A stretch of 64,000 bases of DNA from an uncultured Chloroflexia bacterium (GTDB lineage: Bacteria > Chloroflexota > Limnocylindria > Limnocylindrales > CSP1-4). The position numbers and the translations under genes were made by a program. Under the pieces are notes generated by a model, which did not search any database, had not been told where the DNA came from, and saw nothing but the letters and a program-made list of their open reading frames with translations. Below, piece by piece: positions 41,073-51,436 of the stretch. Each line of letters begins with the position of its first letter. Within the stretch, counting starts at the first letter, position 1. The DNA lies in the NCBI GenBank assembly GCA_963748625.1, contig CAVVJT010000006.1:61027-125026 (forward strand). The letters are read 5' to 3'.

Positions 41073-43891
41073 CCGCGGGCGTGGTCGCCGAGATCGCGGC
41101 CCGGCGCCTGGCCGACGTCGTCCCGGAGCTGGATGCGCTGGGCCGCGACGGATTGAGGCGAGCGGTCGCCGCCGCCCCGCCGCCGCGCCCGGTTGCCGAG
41201 GCGCTCGCCGCCCCCGGTCTCCATCTCATCGCGGAGGTCAAGCGCAGCTCTCCCTCTGCCGGGTCCATCGCCGCCGCGGACGACGCGGTCGCGCGCGCCC
41301 GGGCCTATGCCGCCGGTGGCGCGAAGGCGATCTCGGTCCTGTGCGAGCCCCACTGGTTCGGAGGCTCCCTCGCGGACCTGCGCGCCGTGCGCGCGGCCGT
41401 CTCCGTGCCCGTCCTGGCCAAGGAGTTCGTCGTCGATCCGCGGCAGCTGGACCTCCTCCGGGCGGCAGGTGCAGACCTCGTGCTCCTGCTGGCGGTGCTG
41501 CACCCGGCGCGGCGCCTGGCCCGGCTCGTGGCGGCCGCGCGTGACCTGGGCATCGAGCCGCTCGTGGAGGCGCACGACGCCCGCGAGCTCGATCGTGCTC
41601 TCGCGACCGGCGCCCGCCTCATCGGGATCAACAACCGGGACCTGCGGACGCTCGACGTGGACCCCGAGCGGGCCGTCCGGCTGCGGGACGAGATCCCCGG
41701 CGATCGCCTGGCCATCGCCGAGTCCGGGGTCCGCGACACCGCGACCATCGTCCGCTGGCGGGCCACCGGGTTTGACGCGGCGCTGGTGGGCGAGGCGCTG
41801 ATGCGCGCCGCCGATCCCGCCGCCGCCGCTCGTGCCTTCGTCGGTGCGGGCCGGTACCCCGTGGATCCCGCTGGCGACGCCCGTGCGCCACGGGTCAAGA
41901 TCTGCGGCGTGACCGACGCGGCGGGGATCCTCGCCGCGGTCCGGGCTGGTGCGGACGCCATCGGGCTCAACTTCGCCCCCGGGACGCCCCGTGCCCTGAC
42001 GATCGAGGAGGGCGTGGAGCTTGCCCACCTGGCCCGGGCGTCGGCCTCCGGGGACCGCCCCGGGCCGCGGATCGTCGTGATCACCGCCAACCTGCCGGCG
42101 GCGGAGCTGGCCCGGGTGATCGCCGCCGTGGATCCCGACGAGGTCCAGCTCAACGGCGACGAGCCGCCGTCGGCCGTCGCTGCCGTCGGCCGCCCCGTCG
42201 CCAAGGCCCTGCGCGTGGCCCAGGGCGCCTCCGCGGACGAGGTGGTCGGGACCGCGCGGGCGTTCCTCGAGGCTGGCGCGACCGGGATCCTCCTCGACGC
42301 CGCCGGGGGTCCCCACCCTGGTGGGACCGGGATCCGGATCGACGCGGCCCTCGCCGCCGCCGTCGCCCGCGAGGTCCCGATCACCCTGGCCGGCGGCCTC
42401 GACCCGGCGAACGTCGGCGAGGCCGTGCTCGCGGTGCCCGCCGTTGGCGTGGACGTCGCATCCGGGACCGAGGCGCCTCGCACACCGGGCGTGCGTCCGC
42501 ACAAGGATCCGGTGAGGGTCGCCCTGTTCGCCAAGCGGGCCCGAGACGCGCGTCGCCATCGGCCCAACGCCGCCTTCGGCCCCACCCCGGTTCATCCGGG
42601 GCTTCTCGAGGTCGACGCGGCGGGCCGCTGGGGGAAGGAACGCGACTTCGGCGGCCGGTACGTGCCCGAGACGCTGATGGGCGCCCTGCAGGGGCTCGAG
42701 TCGGCCTACGACGCCATCCGCCACGACCCCCGGTTCTGGGCGGAGCTGGACGACCTGCTGGCGCACTTCGCCGGGCGCCCCACCGCCCTGTACCGGGCAG
42801 ATCGGCTGGCCCAGGCCGTGGCCATCGAGGCCCATCGGCAGGCGATCGCGGCCGGACGCCGCGACCCAGTCATCCCGCGCTTCCGGCTCTACCTCAAGCG
42901 GGAGGACCTGGCGCACACCGGGGCCCACAAGATCAACAACGCGATGGGTCAAGCCCTGCTCACGCGGCGCCTGGGCAAGACGCGCGTGATCGCCGAGACC
43001 GGGGCCGGCCAGCACGGCGTCGCCACCGCCACGGCCTGCGCTCTCCTGGGGCTGCCGTGCGTCGTGTTCATGGGCGAGGAGGACATCCGCCGCCAGGCCC
43101 CCAACGTCCTCCGGATGCGCGCCCTGGGCGCCGAGGTCCGATCCGTCACGTCTGGCACCGCGACGCTCAAGGACGCCGTCAACGAGGCGATGCGCGACTG
43201 GGTCACCAACGTCGAGACCACGCATTACGTGCTGGGCTCAGCGATGGGCCCGCACCCGTACCCGACCATCGTCCGCGACTTCCAGCGGCGCATCGGGGAC
43301 GAGGCGGTCGCCCAGCTGCGGGCCGTCGAGGGCCGTCTCCCGGACATGGCGCTCGCCTGCGTGGGCGGTGGGTCGAACGCCATCGGGCTCCTCGCCCGGT
43401 TGATCGGTGAGCCGTCGGTCCGCCTGGCGGTGGCCGAGGCCGCGGGCGATGGCGTGGCCACCGGCCGCCACGCGGCCGCGATCGCCGGCGGCACCGCGGG
43501 GATCCTCCACGGGTCGCGCTCACTCATGCTCCAGGACCGTGACGGCCAGGTGATCGAGGCGCACAGCGCGTCGGCCGGGCTGGACTACCCGGGCGTGGGC
43601 CCGCAGCTGGCGGCGCTCGCGGAGGCCGGGCGGATGGAGGTGGGCACCGCCACGGACCGCGAGGCGATCGCTGCCATGAAGACCGTGACCCGGACCGAGG
43701 GCATCCTGCCTGCCCTCGAGACCTCACATGCCGTGGCGGCCCTGCCCAAGCTGCTCGCTGGCCTCGAGGGGTCCGGGACCCCGTACCCGGACGATGCCGT
43801 GATCCTGGTCGGGTTCTCGGGGCGCGGCGACAAGGACATGGCAGCCCTCGAGCTGTTCGACGACGTGGAGCCGTGGGAGGGCATCCGATGA
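41069..43891 (+). CDS. trpCFB: Trifunctional TrpC-TrpF-TrpB fusion (IGP synthase / PRA isomerase / tryptophan synthase beta)
   Basis: One 940-aa ORF: [23 protein letters not shown] (TrpC); VKICG, QLNG, LAGGL, GVDVASG (TrpF); [47 protein letters not shown] (TrpB). Confidence 0.93.
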   Translation: MTAGVVAEIAARRLADVVPELDALGRDGLRRAVAAAPPPRPVAEALAAPGLHLIAEVKRSSPSAGSIAAADDAVARARAYAAGGAKAISVLCEPHWFGGSLADLRAVRAAVSVPVLAKEFVVDPRQLDLLRAAGADLVLLLAVLHPARRLARLVAAARDLGIEPLVEAHDARELDRALATGARLIGINNRDLRTLDVDPERAVRLRDEIPGDRLAIAESGVRDTATIVRWRATGFDAALVGEALMRAADPAAAARAFVGAGRYPVDPAGDARAPRVKICGVTDAAGILAAVRAGADAIGLNFAPGTPRALTIEEGVELAHLARASASGDRPGPRIVVITANLPAAELARVIAAVDPDEVQLNGDEPPSAVAAVGRPVAKALRVAQGASADEVVGTARAFLEAGATGILLDAAGGPHPGGTGIRIDAALAAAVAREVPITLAGGLDPANVGEAVLAVPAVGVDVASGTEAPRTPGVRPHKDPVRVALFAKRARDARRHRPNAAFGPTPVHPGLLEVDAAGRWGKERDFGGRYVPETLMGALQGLESAYDAIRHDPRFWAELDDLLAHFAGRPTALYRADRLAQAVAIEAHRQAIAAGRRDPVIPRFRLYLKREDLAHTGAHKINNAMGQALLTRRLGKTRVIAETGAGQHGVATATACALLGLPCVVFMGEEDIRRQAPNVLRMRALGAEVRSVTSGTATLKDAVNEAMRDWVTNVETTHYVLGSAMGPHPYPTIVRDFQRRIGDEAVAQLRAVEGRLPDMALACVGGGSNAIGLLARLIGEPSVRLAVAEAAGDGVATGRHAAAIAGGTAGILHGSRSLMLQDRDGQVIEAHSASAGLDYPGVGPQLAALAEAGRMEVGTATDREAIAAMKTVTRTEGILPALETSHAVAALPKLLAGLEGSGTPYPDDAVILVGFSGRGDKDMAALELFDDVEPWEGIR

Positions 43892-44742
43892 GCGCCGGGC
43901 TCCGCGCCGCCGCGGCCGCGCCGCACACCAACGACACGTCGGGCGCGCGGCGCATCGCCGAGGCCTTCGCCCGGGCGCGGGCGGAGGGACGCGCGGCGCT
44001 GATCCCGTACGTCGTCGCCGGATACCCGGACGCGGACACCTCGTTCGCGGCGGCCTGTGCGGCGATCGACGCCGGGGCCGACCTGCTCGAGGTCGGGCTC
44101 CCGTACTCCGACCCGCTGGCCGATGGCGCCACCCTCCAGCGGGCCTCCCAGGGGGCGATCGCGGCCGGCGCCACGTTTGATCGGTCCCTGGCGCTGGTGG
44201 GACGGATCGCCGCGGCGCGGCCGGGCGTCCCGGTCGTGGCGATGGGCTACGCGAACCAGCTGATCGGCGGGGGCGATGGTCGGGACCGGGCGCGGGCGCT
44301 GGCGAAGGCCGGCGTGGCCGGCGTCATCGTCGCGGACCTCACGCCGGACGAGGGCGCGCCGTTCGAGGCCGTGGCCGTCGAGGCGGGGATCGCGGTCGTG
44401 TACCTCGTCGCGCCGACCTCCGCGCCGGCCCGACGTGCGTCCGTTGCGGCGCGCAGCGGCGGGTTCCTCTACTGCGTCTCGCTGGTGGGCGTCACCGGCG
44501 CCCGAACCTCGCTGCCGCCGACGGTCGCGAGGCTCGTGCGCGAGGTCAGGGCCGTGTCCCCGGTCCCGGTGGCGGTTGGCTTCGGCGTGTCCCGGCCGGC
44601 CCACGTGCGCGCGATCGCCAGGGCGGGCGCGGACGGGGTCATCGTGGCGTCGGCCCTCGTGGATGCGCTGGGCCCCGATGGGCGCGACGTAGCCGCTCTG
44701 GGCGCCCTGGTCGGGAGGCTCCGGGCCGCGACCGGACGCTGA
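43888..44742 (+). CDS. trpA: Tryptophan synthase alpha chain
   Basis: [37 protein letters not shown]. Confidence 0.96.
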   Translation: MSAGLRAAAAAPHTNDTSGARRIAEAFARARAEGRAALIPYVVAGYPDADTSFAAACAAIDAGADLLEVGLPYSDPLADGATLQRASQGAIAAGATFDRSLALVGRIAAARPGVPVVAMGYANQLIGGGDGRDRARALAKAGVAGVIVADLTPDEGAPFEAVAVEAGIAVVYLVAPTSAPARRASVAARSGGFLYCVSLVGVTGARTSLPPTVARLVREVRAVSPVPVAVGFGVSRPAHVRAIARAGADGVIVASALVDALGPDGRDVAALGALVGRLRAATGR

Positions 44743-44753
44743 CCGGCGCTCGC

Positions 44754-45650
44754 TCAGCCGGCCCAGGGGTCGGACGGCGGTGCTGGCGGAGGCGGGGGCG
44801 GTTCGAGCGGGCCGTCGGCGTCGCTCGGGTACGTGACCGGCGGCGTAGCGACGGCGGCCCCGGCGAGCGTCCGCAGCCGCTGGCTCTCGTACAGGATCGC
44901 GAGCACGATCGCCGAGAACGCCGCGAAGCTCGTGTCGATCGCCGAGGTGATCACGCCGGGCACGACCGGCACCGCGACCAGGATCAGGGAGACCAGGAGG
45001 TCGGCGGCGACCAGCAGCAACGAGATCCCGAGGACCGCCAGCCCCCAGCCCAGCATCCGCAGGACCGCCCTGCGCGAGAGCGTCCATGACGTCGAGAGGC
45101 CGCCCGCGATGCCCTCGCCGTCGAAGATCGCGAGCGTCCACAACTGCAGCCGGATCGCGACGTAGGCCAGCACCGGGAGGAAGCCCAGCAGCACGATCAG
45201 ACCCACCGCGCCGAACGCCAGCGCGGTGGTGATGAGCGCGAGCACGATCATCGCGACCAGCATGTCCGCGAGGAGCGCGCGGAACCCGGAGCGCAGCACC
45301 CACGGCAGGGCGACGTCGCGCCCGCGCAGGCCGGCGATCGCGTTGGCGACGAAGAACCACTTCGCAACGATCGACACGAGCCCCACCGCCAGGGGTCCAG
45401 CGAGCAGCCTCGGCAGCTCGGACGGGTCGATCTCCGGACCGGCCGTGCCCGGCACGAGGACCCGGGCCATCGTCTGCTGGTCGATCACCGTGCTGCCGAA
45501 CAGCCAGCCGACCAGGCCGTTGGCGACGGCGACGGCGACCACCGCGAGCACCCAGCGCTCGATGGACGCCCGCCAGTACGCAGCCGCCAGCGTCAGCCCC
45601 TCCGCGACGGTCGCAAAGGCAGGCGAGCGCGTGAACCTGATCCTGGTCAT
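44754..45650 (-). CDS. Hypothetical membrane protein
   Basis: About 6 TM segments, Pro-rich tail, AAGGA RBS. Confidence 0.75.
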   Translation of the reverse strand: MTRIRFTRSPAFATVAEGLTLAAAYWRASIERWVLAVVAVAVANGLVGWLFGSTVIDQQTMARVLVPGTAGPEIDPSELPRLLAGPLAVGLVSIVAKWFFVANAIAGLRGRDVALPWVLRSGFRALLADMLVAMIVLALITTALAFGAVGLIVLLGFLPVLAYVAIRLQLWTLAIFDGEGIAGGLSTSWTLSRRAVLRMLGWGLAVLGISLLLVAADLLVSLILVAVPVVPGVITSAIDTSFAAFSAIVLAILYESQRLRTLAGAAVATPPVTYPSDADGPLEPPPPPPAPPSDPWAG

Positions 45651-45741
45651 CGTGGCCTGTGGTTCCTTCTCTCGGCTCATCGGTCGCGCAAGGGTAGCCC
45701 GACATCGCCGGCCCCGGCGCGAGCCGCGCATACTGGCCCTG

Positions 45742-46395
45742 ATGAACGACAACGGGATCCGGCTCCTGGTGGAGACCACACCCAAGCGGGTCTTCGTCTC
45801 CGCCCTCGACTGGCCGGGACTTGCGCGGGCCGGCCGGGACGAGCCAGGGGCCATCGAGGCGCTGCTCGACGCGGCTCCCCGCTATGCCGAGGTGGCCCGC
45901 GCGGCAGGCGAGACGTTCGAGACGGACGAACTCGCGGTCGAGGTCGCGGAGCGTCGCGACGGAGATGCGACCACGGCCTTCGGGGCCCCCTCGATCGTCG
46001 CCGACGCGGACCGGCGTCCCGTGGCCGCGTGGGAGGCCGCGCGGCTGGCCGCCATCGTCGAGGCGTCCTGGGCGGCCTTCGACCGGATCGCCGCCGCGGC
46101 CCCGGAGAACCTGCGCAAGGGCCCGCGCGGAGGCGGCCGCAACCGCACGAAGGTCGTCGAGCACGTGCACGGCGGGGACGAGGCCTATGCGTCCGTGCTG
46201 GGGATCCCGCCGTCGGAGCGTCGGCCGGCCGCGGCCGGGCGCGCCGCGGTACTCGCAATCCTGCGCCAGGCCTCCGACGGGTCGCCCATCGCGGGCAAGA
46301 AGTGGCCCCTGCGCTACGCCGCCCGGCGAATCGCGTGGCACGCGCTGGACCACGCCTGGGAGATCGAGGACCGCTCGGACCCGGGTGCGGGGTAG
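45742..46395 (+). CDS. Conserved hypothetical protein (DinB-like C-terminus)
   Basis: SALDWPGLAR, LRKGPRGGGR, RYAARRIAWHALDHAWEIEDR. Confidence 0.8.
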   Translation: MNDNGIRLLVETTPKRVFVSALDWPGLARAGRDEPGAIEALLDAAPRYAEVARAAGETFETDELAVEVAERRDGDATTAFGAPSIVADADRRPVAAWEAARLAAIVEASWAAFDRIAAAAPENLRKGPRGGGRNRTKVVEHVHGGDEAYASVLGIPPSERRPAAAGRAAVLAILRQASDGSPIAGKKWPLRYAARRIAWHALDHAWEIEDRSDPGAG

Positions 46396-46409
46396 GTACG
46401 CTGGCGCAC

Positions 46410-47798
46410 ATGACCGACGACCCGCTCTGCTTCCGGTCGGCGACGCGGCTCGCGGCGGCGATCCGCGAGGGGGAGCTGTCGTCCGTCGAGGTCGTATGTG
46501 CCTGCCTCGACCGCATCGCCGAGGTCAACCCACGCCTCAACGCGGTCGTCCGGCTCGCCTCCGACGCGCTCGAGCTGGCCCGCCGCGCCGACGAGGCCCT
46601 CGCGGCCGGCATCGCGCCCGGCCCGCTGCACGGCGTCCCGTTCACGATCAAGGACTCGCTCGACACCGCCGGGCTCGTCACGACGGCCGGGACGCTCGGC
46701 TGGCGTGACCGCGTCCCCGTCCGCGATGCGACGGTCGTTGCGCGCCTCCGGGCCGCCGGTGGGATCCTGCTGGGCAAGACGAACACGCCCGAGTTCACCT
46801 GGTCCGACGAGACCGACAACGACGTCTACGGGCGCACGTCGAACCCGTACGACCTGGCCCGCACGCCCGGCGGGAGCAGCGGCGGCGCGGGTGCGATCGT
46901 GGCCGCTGGTGGCTCGCCGTTCGACATCGGCAGCGACACGGGCGACAGCATCCGCCAGCCGGCCCACGTGTGCGGCATCGTCGGGATCAAGCCGACCAGC
47001 GGCCGGGTGCCGCGGACGGGCCACACACCGTCGTTCACGGGGATCCTCGAGTCCCTCACCCAGCTGGGGCCGATGGCCCGGCGCGTCGAGGACCTGGTGC
47101 TGCTCCTGCCGCTCATCGCGGGGCCGGACGGCGAGGATCCGCACGTCGCACCGGTCGCGCTGGGGGACCCGGGCGAGGTGGCGCTGGAGCACCTGCGGGT
47201 CGTCATGTTCACCGACAACGGCATCCGCACGCCGACGCCGGAGACCGTCGCCGTGGTCAGGGCCGCGGCCCGTGCGCTCGAGCACGCGGGCGCGAGGGTC
47301 GAGGAGCGGCTGCCCCCGGCCATGGCGGAGGCGGTCGACGCCTGGGAGCGCCTCATCCGGGCCGACGGCTATGCCTGGCTGCAGCGGCTGATCACCGCCG
47401 CGGGCACCACGGGCATGGGCTCCTACGACACGCGCGGCTGGGTGACGGTCGTACCGCCGCTCCATGCCGACGCGCTCTCGGCGCTTGTCGAGCGGGTCGA
47501 CGAGATCCGGTCCCGCCTGTTGCGCTGGATCCTGGACGTGGACCTCGTCGTCTGCCCCGTCATGCCCCAGCCTGCGATCCACCACGGCGACAGCAACGCC
47601 TCCTGGTTCGGCGACTCCTACAGCGATGTCCACAACCTCACCGGCTGGCCCGCGGCCGTGGTGCGTGGCGGGACCTCACCGGAGGGTCTCCCGATCGGCG
47701 TCCAGCTGGTCGCTTCGCCCTGGCGGGAGGACGTGGCGCTGGCAGCGGCGGGGGTCGTCGAGGCGGCGTCAGGTGGGTGGCGTCCGCCGCCGCTCTGA
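46410..47798 (+). CDS. Amidase signature family enzyme
   Basis: GPLHGVPFTIKD, GKTNTPEF, TPGGSSGG, GSDTGDSIRQP, GLPIGVQL. Confidence 0.93.
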   Translation: MTDDPLCFRSATRLAAAIREGELSSVEVVCACLDRIAEVNPRLNAVVRLASDALELARRADEALAAGIAPGPLHGVPFTIKDSLDTAGLVTTAGTLGWRDRVPVRDATVVARLRAAGGILLGKTNTPEFTWSDETDNDVYGRTSNPYDLARTPGGSSGGAGAIVAAGGSPFDIGSDTGDSIRQPAHVCGIVGIKPTSGRVPRTGHTPSFTGILESLTQLGPMARRVEDLVLLLPLIAGPDGEDPHVAPVALGDPGEVALEHLRVVMFTDNGIRTPTPETVAVVRAAARALEHAGARVEERLPPAMAEAVDAWERLIRADGYAWLQRLITAAGTTGMGSYDTRGWVTVVPPLHADALSALVERVDEIRSRLLRWILDVDLVVCPVMPQPAIHHGDSNASWFGDSYSDVHNLTGWPAAVVRGGTSPEGLPIGVQLVASPWREDVALAAAGVVEAASGGWRPPPL

Positions 47799-47950
47799 GC
47801 ACGAGCGCGCCGCATCGCCCAGCACGCCGTGACCAATGTTGGACCCGCACATCTTGCCGGCCTGATCCGTTCGACGATCCGACCAGGACCCGCGGTCCGG
47901 AGCTCGTGCCGGTGCCCTGGCTCCCCGCCTGCGCTGACCTCCCGCCTGCG

Positions 47951-48460
47951 CTACCCCCGGGGGGTCTCCGAGGCGTGCTCCAGCTCGACCGCCCAGGCCA
48001 GCAGGCGGTCCACGTGACGCCGCTCCATGCCCTCGGTCATGTCCACGTGGACCAGGAGCGTTGGAACAGCACGTCCCGCGGCCCAGGTGTCGGCGTCGTG
48101 CCACAGGTCGTCATCGATCCAGGCACACGGCCGGTCGCCTACCCACGCGATCACGCTCGGCAGCTTGGCGGTGGGCAGTCGGCGGTCCATGTCGAACTCG
48201 ATCGCTGGCAGGGACGTCAGCCCAAGGGCGGGCGCGATCACCCGGTTGGCCAGGTCCTCCCAGGTCGTCGCCCAGACCAGCTCGAAGACCTCCGCCAGCT
48301 CGGCCAGCCACCCGGCAGCCTCCGGGTGGAGCGTGGGCTCGAGGTCGGGCTCGAGGTCCAGGTCGTCGTCGCCCTCGGTCCAGGACGAGCGGATCACCAG
48401 CAGGACGCCGTCGACGTCGAGCAGCAGAAGGGGCCGGTCAGGCTGCGCGGACGTGGTCAT
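47951..48460 (-). CDS. HAD-domain protein (Swiss-Army-Knife RNA-repair-like HAD)
   Basis: LLLLDVDGVL, LVWATTW, K, AWIDDD; ATGA-coupled to gluQ. Confidence 0.85.
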   Translation of the reverse strand: MTTSAQPDRPLLLLDVDGVLLVIRSSWTEGDDDLDLEPDLEPTLHPEAAGWLAELAEVFELVWATTWEDLANRVIAPALGLTSLPAIEFDMDRRLPTAKLPSVIAWVGDRPCAWIDDDLWHDADTWAAGRAVPTLLVHVDMTEGMERRHVDRLLAWAVELEHASETPRG

Positions 48461-49452
48461 GCGGCACGAAAGGGGGCCGCGAGATCCGCGGTGTCGATGG
48501 GGGCCGTACTCGCCTGCAGCCCAGCCAGGCGGGCCGCGATCCCGAACAGCTCGGAGGGGGTCCGCCCTTCCTCCAGCAGCGCGCGGACCGCGGTGTCGCG
48601 CTCGGCCTTGGACAGCTTCTGGCCGGAGACCCGCCGGATCAGCGGGTGGTGCAGGAACTGGGGCGGGGTCTCGCGGCCCAGGAGCCGGGCCAGCCGGATC
48701 TGGACCGGTGTGGCGTCCAGGAGGTCCCGCCCGCGGATCACGAGGTCCACGCCGTGACGCGCGTCGTCGACCACCACGCAGAAGGCGTATGTCCAGTTGC
48801 CGGCACGATCCCGCGCGAGAAGGTCCCCGGCCGCCGCCGGCTCGTCCGCCAGTGGACCGGCCAGCAGGTCCACCCAGCGTTCCGTGCCCGCCCCAACGGC
48901 CACCCGCAGGCTCGCGCCCCCGTCGTCGGGGAGTGCCCGCTCGCGACACCCGCCCGGGCACCCGATCCCTCGCCACGGGCGGCCCCGCTCCGCCTCCCAG
49001 GCCGCGAAGGTCGAGCGCGCGCAGTCGCACGCGTACACGAGCCCCTGGCCGCGGAGCACATCCAGCGCGGCCTCGTATACATCAGCGGCGTCCGACTGCC
49101 GATACGGCGTGGGGCCCACGCGGAAGTCGCCCGGCGATGGCTCGTCCGGCGTGAGACCCAGGCGCTCGAGATCGTCCAGTAGGGCTGCCTCGTACTCGGG
49201 CCGCGAACGTCCGCGGTCATGATCCTCCACGCGCAGGATGACGCGTCCGCCGGTCGCGCGTGCGATCCCCCAGGTGTAGAGCGCGTTGACGAGGTGGCCG
49301 AGGTGCAGGTACCCGGTTGGGGCTGGGGCGAACCGTGTGACGGGCTCGATGGGCAGGACACGCGGATCCGGGCGCGCCGCGTCGGACATGACCGGGACGA
49401 ACAGCCCGCCCGCGTCGTCAGGTGCCGGATCGGCCGTCATGGGTCCGGTCAC
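48457..49452 (-). CDS. gluQ: Glutamyl-Q tRNA(Asp) synthetase-like (GluRS catalytic domain only)
   Basis: RFAPAPTGYLHLGH, LRVEDHD, YRQS, YACDC, VVVDD, IRGRDL, KLSK; no anticodon-binding domain. Confidence 0.82.
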   Translation of the reverse strand: MTGPMTADPAPDDAGGLFVPVMSDAARPDPRVLPIEPVTRFAPAPTGYLHLGHLVNALYTWGIARATGGRVILRVEDHDRGRSRPEYEAALLDDLERLGLTPDEPSPGDFRVGPTPYRQSDAADVYEAALDVLRGQGLVYACDCARSTFAAWEAERGRPWRGIGCPGGCRERALPDDGGASLRVAVGAGTERWVDLLAGPLADEPAAAGDLLARDRAGNWTYAFCVVVDDARHGVDLVIRGRDLLDATPVQIRLARLLGRETPPQFLHHPLIRRVSGQKLSKAERDTAVRALLEEGRTPSELFGIAARLAGLQASTAPIDTADLAAPFRAA

Positions 49453-49786
49453 GGGACTCCAGGCCTCGCGTCGCGGCGACGACCCGGCGATAGATGGACA
49501 GCAGGTCGGCCTGTGCGAGCGGGCCCATGTTGGCCAGGGCCACGCGGATCAGCACCTCGCGCTCGCGCTCGGGGTCCTTGATGGCCCGGCGGCCTGCCAG
49601 GCGCTTGGCCCGACCCGCCTCGCGGCCCAGGCTCGCGCGCTCGTTGAGCAGCTCTACGATGGCCTTGTCCAGCTCATCGATGGCATCCCGGACGCGCGCG
49701 AGCTCCGCAGCCGCCTCGTCGCGCTCTGCGTCGGTTGGTATGGGTCGCCGGGTGCCCCCCCGGTCGCCGGTCACGCGCCCGGTCAC
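49418..49786 (-). CDS. Chorismate mutase (AroQ class, CM_2)
   Basis: LARVRDAIDELDKAIVELLNER, DPERE; GTGA overlap with the aroKB stop. Confidence 0.88.
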   Translation of the reverse strand: MTGRVTGDRGGTRRPIPTDAERDEAAAELARVRDAIDELDKAIVELLNERASLGREAGRAKRLAGRRAIKDPEREREVLIRVALANMGPLAQADLLSIYRRVVAATRGLESRDRTHDGRSGT

Positions 49787-51426
49787 GCGCCTGCCTCCGT
49801 CCCCGCGAGCACGCCTCGCACGGCCTCGGCCAGCATCTCGTCCGGCACGTCGTCGCGAACCACGACGCCGTCGGCCGTCGGCAGCACCCAACGAAGCCGT
49901 CCACCCGCGTGCTTCTTGTCCGTCGCAGTCGCCTCGACCACCGCGCCGGCCGGGTAGGGGAGTGGGGCGACACCAAGGGAGAGCCGCGTCAGCAGCCCCT
50001 CGATCCGCGCCGCGCGGTCTGGCGGCGTCACGCCCATCGCCACGCCGATCCGCACCGCGGCCCGCGTGCCGTAGGCCACCGCCTCGCCGTGGAGGAGGTT
50101 CTCGTAGCCGTCCACGGCCTCGAGCGCATGGGCGACCGTGTGTCCGAGATTGAGGGTGATCCGCCCGCCGGTCGCCCCCTGCTCGCGCTCGTCCGAGGCG
50201 ACCACGGTCACCTTCGCCCAGGCCGGCCGCTCCACGATCTCCGCCATGACACCGGTCTCGAACGCCGCGGCCGTGCCGGTAGCCACCGACTTGCCGTCGG
50301 CCTCCAGGGTCGCGAACAGCGCCTCGTCGCCCAGGGCCGCCATCTTGACGATCTCGCCCAGGGCCGCCCGCAACTGCCGCTCGGGGAGGGATCGCAGCGC
50401 GGCAATGTCGAGGACGATCGAGGCCGGGTGGTGGAAGGCGCCCAGCAGGTTCTTGCCCTCGGGCAGGTCCACGCCCGTCTTGCCGCCGATGGACGAGTCC
50501 ACCTGGGCCACGAGCGTGGTGGGCACGCCGATCCACGGCACGCCGCGCAGGTAGGAGGCCGCCAGGAACCCGGCTGGGTCGCCCAGCGCACCGCCGCCCA
50601 CCGCGATCAGCGGCTCCCGCCGCTCGGCGCGGAGGCGGGCCAGCTGTCGCGCGGCGTCCTCGATGACCGGGAGCCGCTTGGCATCCTCGCCGGCGGGGAG
50701 CATGACCAGCTCAATCGGCCAGCCGTCGGCCCGCAGCGCCTCTACCAAGCCCTCGCCGAACGCCGCCCAGGCACCGGGCTCCGAGACCAGGATCGCCCGT
50801 CGTGCCTCGAGCCGACGCAGGGCGACGCCCACCGCGTCGGCCGCCACACCCTCGCCCACCACCAGCTCGCCGGCGCTCGTCTGGGCACGCAGCAGCGTGG
50901 TGGATCGTGATGGCCCGGTCGCGGCCAGCAGGTCCGCCGCGTCCACGACCTTACCCGCCTCGGCCAGGCCGTTGAGCCGGCGCGCCGCCCCGTAGAAGCG
51001 TTCACGGGCCGCGGCGAGCTGCCGGATGCGGCCCAGCGGGTCGCCACCGTGGACCAGCGGGCGCACGTTCGGGGAGCGGCGCAGGCGCTGGGCGAGGACC
51101 TCGGGGCGCACGTCGAGCCAGATCGGGACCCGGCCGCGGTACAGCGCCCACCGGTTGCGCGGATCCACCACGGCACCCCCGCCGGGCGCGATCACGCGCC
51201 GGACCCCGGGCTCCGTGTCGGCCGGACCGAGCGCCGCCACCGCCTCACGCTCCAGCTGCCGGAAGGCCGCCTCGCCGTCCTCCGCGAAGATCTCGGGGAT
51301 CCGGCGGCCCGCGGCCTCCTCGATCCGCTCGTCGAGGTCCACGAACTCCGCCCCGTGGCGGTGCGCGAGCCGCCGCCCGATGGCGGTCTTGCCCGATCCA
51401 GGCAGCCCGACGAGGACGACGTCCAC
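49783..51426 (-). CDS. aroKB: Shikimate kinase / 3-dehydroquinate synthase fusion
   Basis: GLPGSGKT, GEAAFRQLE, GGG (AroK); VGGG, RGV, PTTLVAQVDSSIGGKTG, LNLGHT..HALE, HGEAV, DKK (AroB). Confidence 0.93.
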   Translation of the reverse strand: MDVVLVGLPGSGKTAIGRRLAHRHGAEFVDLDERIEEAAGRRIPEIFAEDGEAAFRQLEREAVAALGPADTEPGVRRVIAPGGGAVVDPRNRWALYRGRVPIWLDVRPEVLAQRLRRSPNVRPLVHGGDPLGRIRQLAAARERFYGAARRLNGLAEAGKVVDAADLLAATGPSRSTTLLRAQTSAGELVVGEGVAADAVGVALRRLEARRAILVSEPGAWAAFGEGLVEALRADGWPIELVMLPAGEDAKRLPVIEDAARQLARLRAERREPLIAVGGGALGDPAGFLAASYLRGVPWIGVPTTLVAQVDSSIGGKTGVDLPEGKNLLGAFHHPASIVLDIAALRSLPERQLRAALGEIVKMAALGDEALFATLEADGKSVATGTAAAFETGVMAEIVERPAWAKVTVVASDEREQGATGGRITLNLGHTVAHALEAVDGYENLLHGEAVAYGTRAAVRIGVAMGVTPPDRAARIEGLLTRLSLGVAPLPYPAGAVVEATATDKKHAGGRLRWVLPTADGVVVRDDVPDEMLAEAVRGVLAGTEAGA

Positions 51427-51436
51427 CCCCGGGGCC

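Noticed and set aside
48457-49452. Truncated (pseudogene) gltX
   Set aside because: Length and intact motifs fit the naturally short GluQ family, and the stop is coupled to the next gene
49783-51426. AroK-AroB fusion as a novelty
   Set aside because: Real, but this fusion is already known from several bacterial lineages
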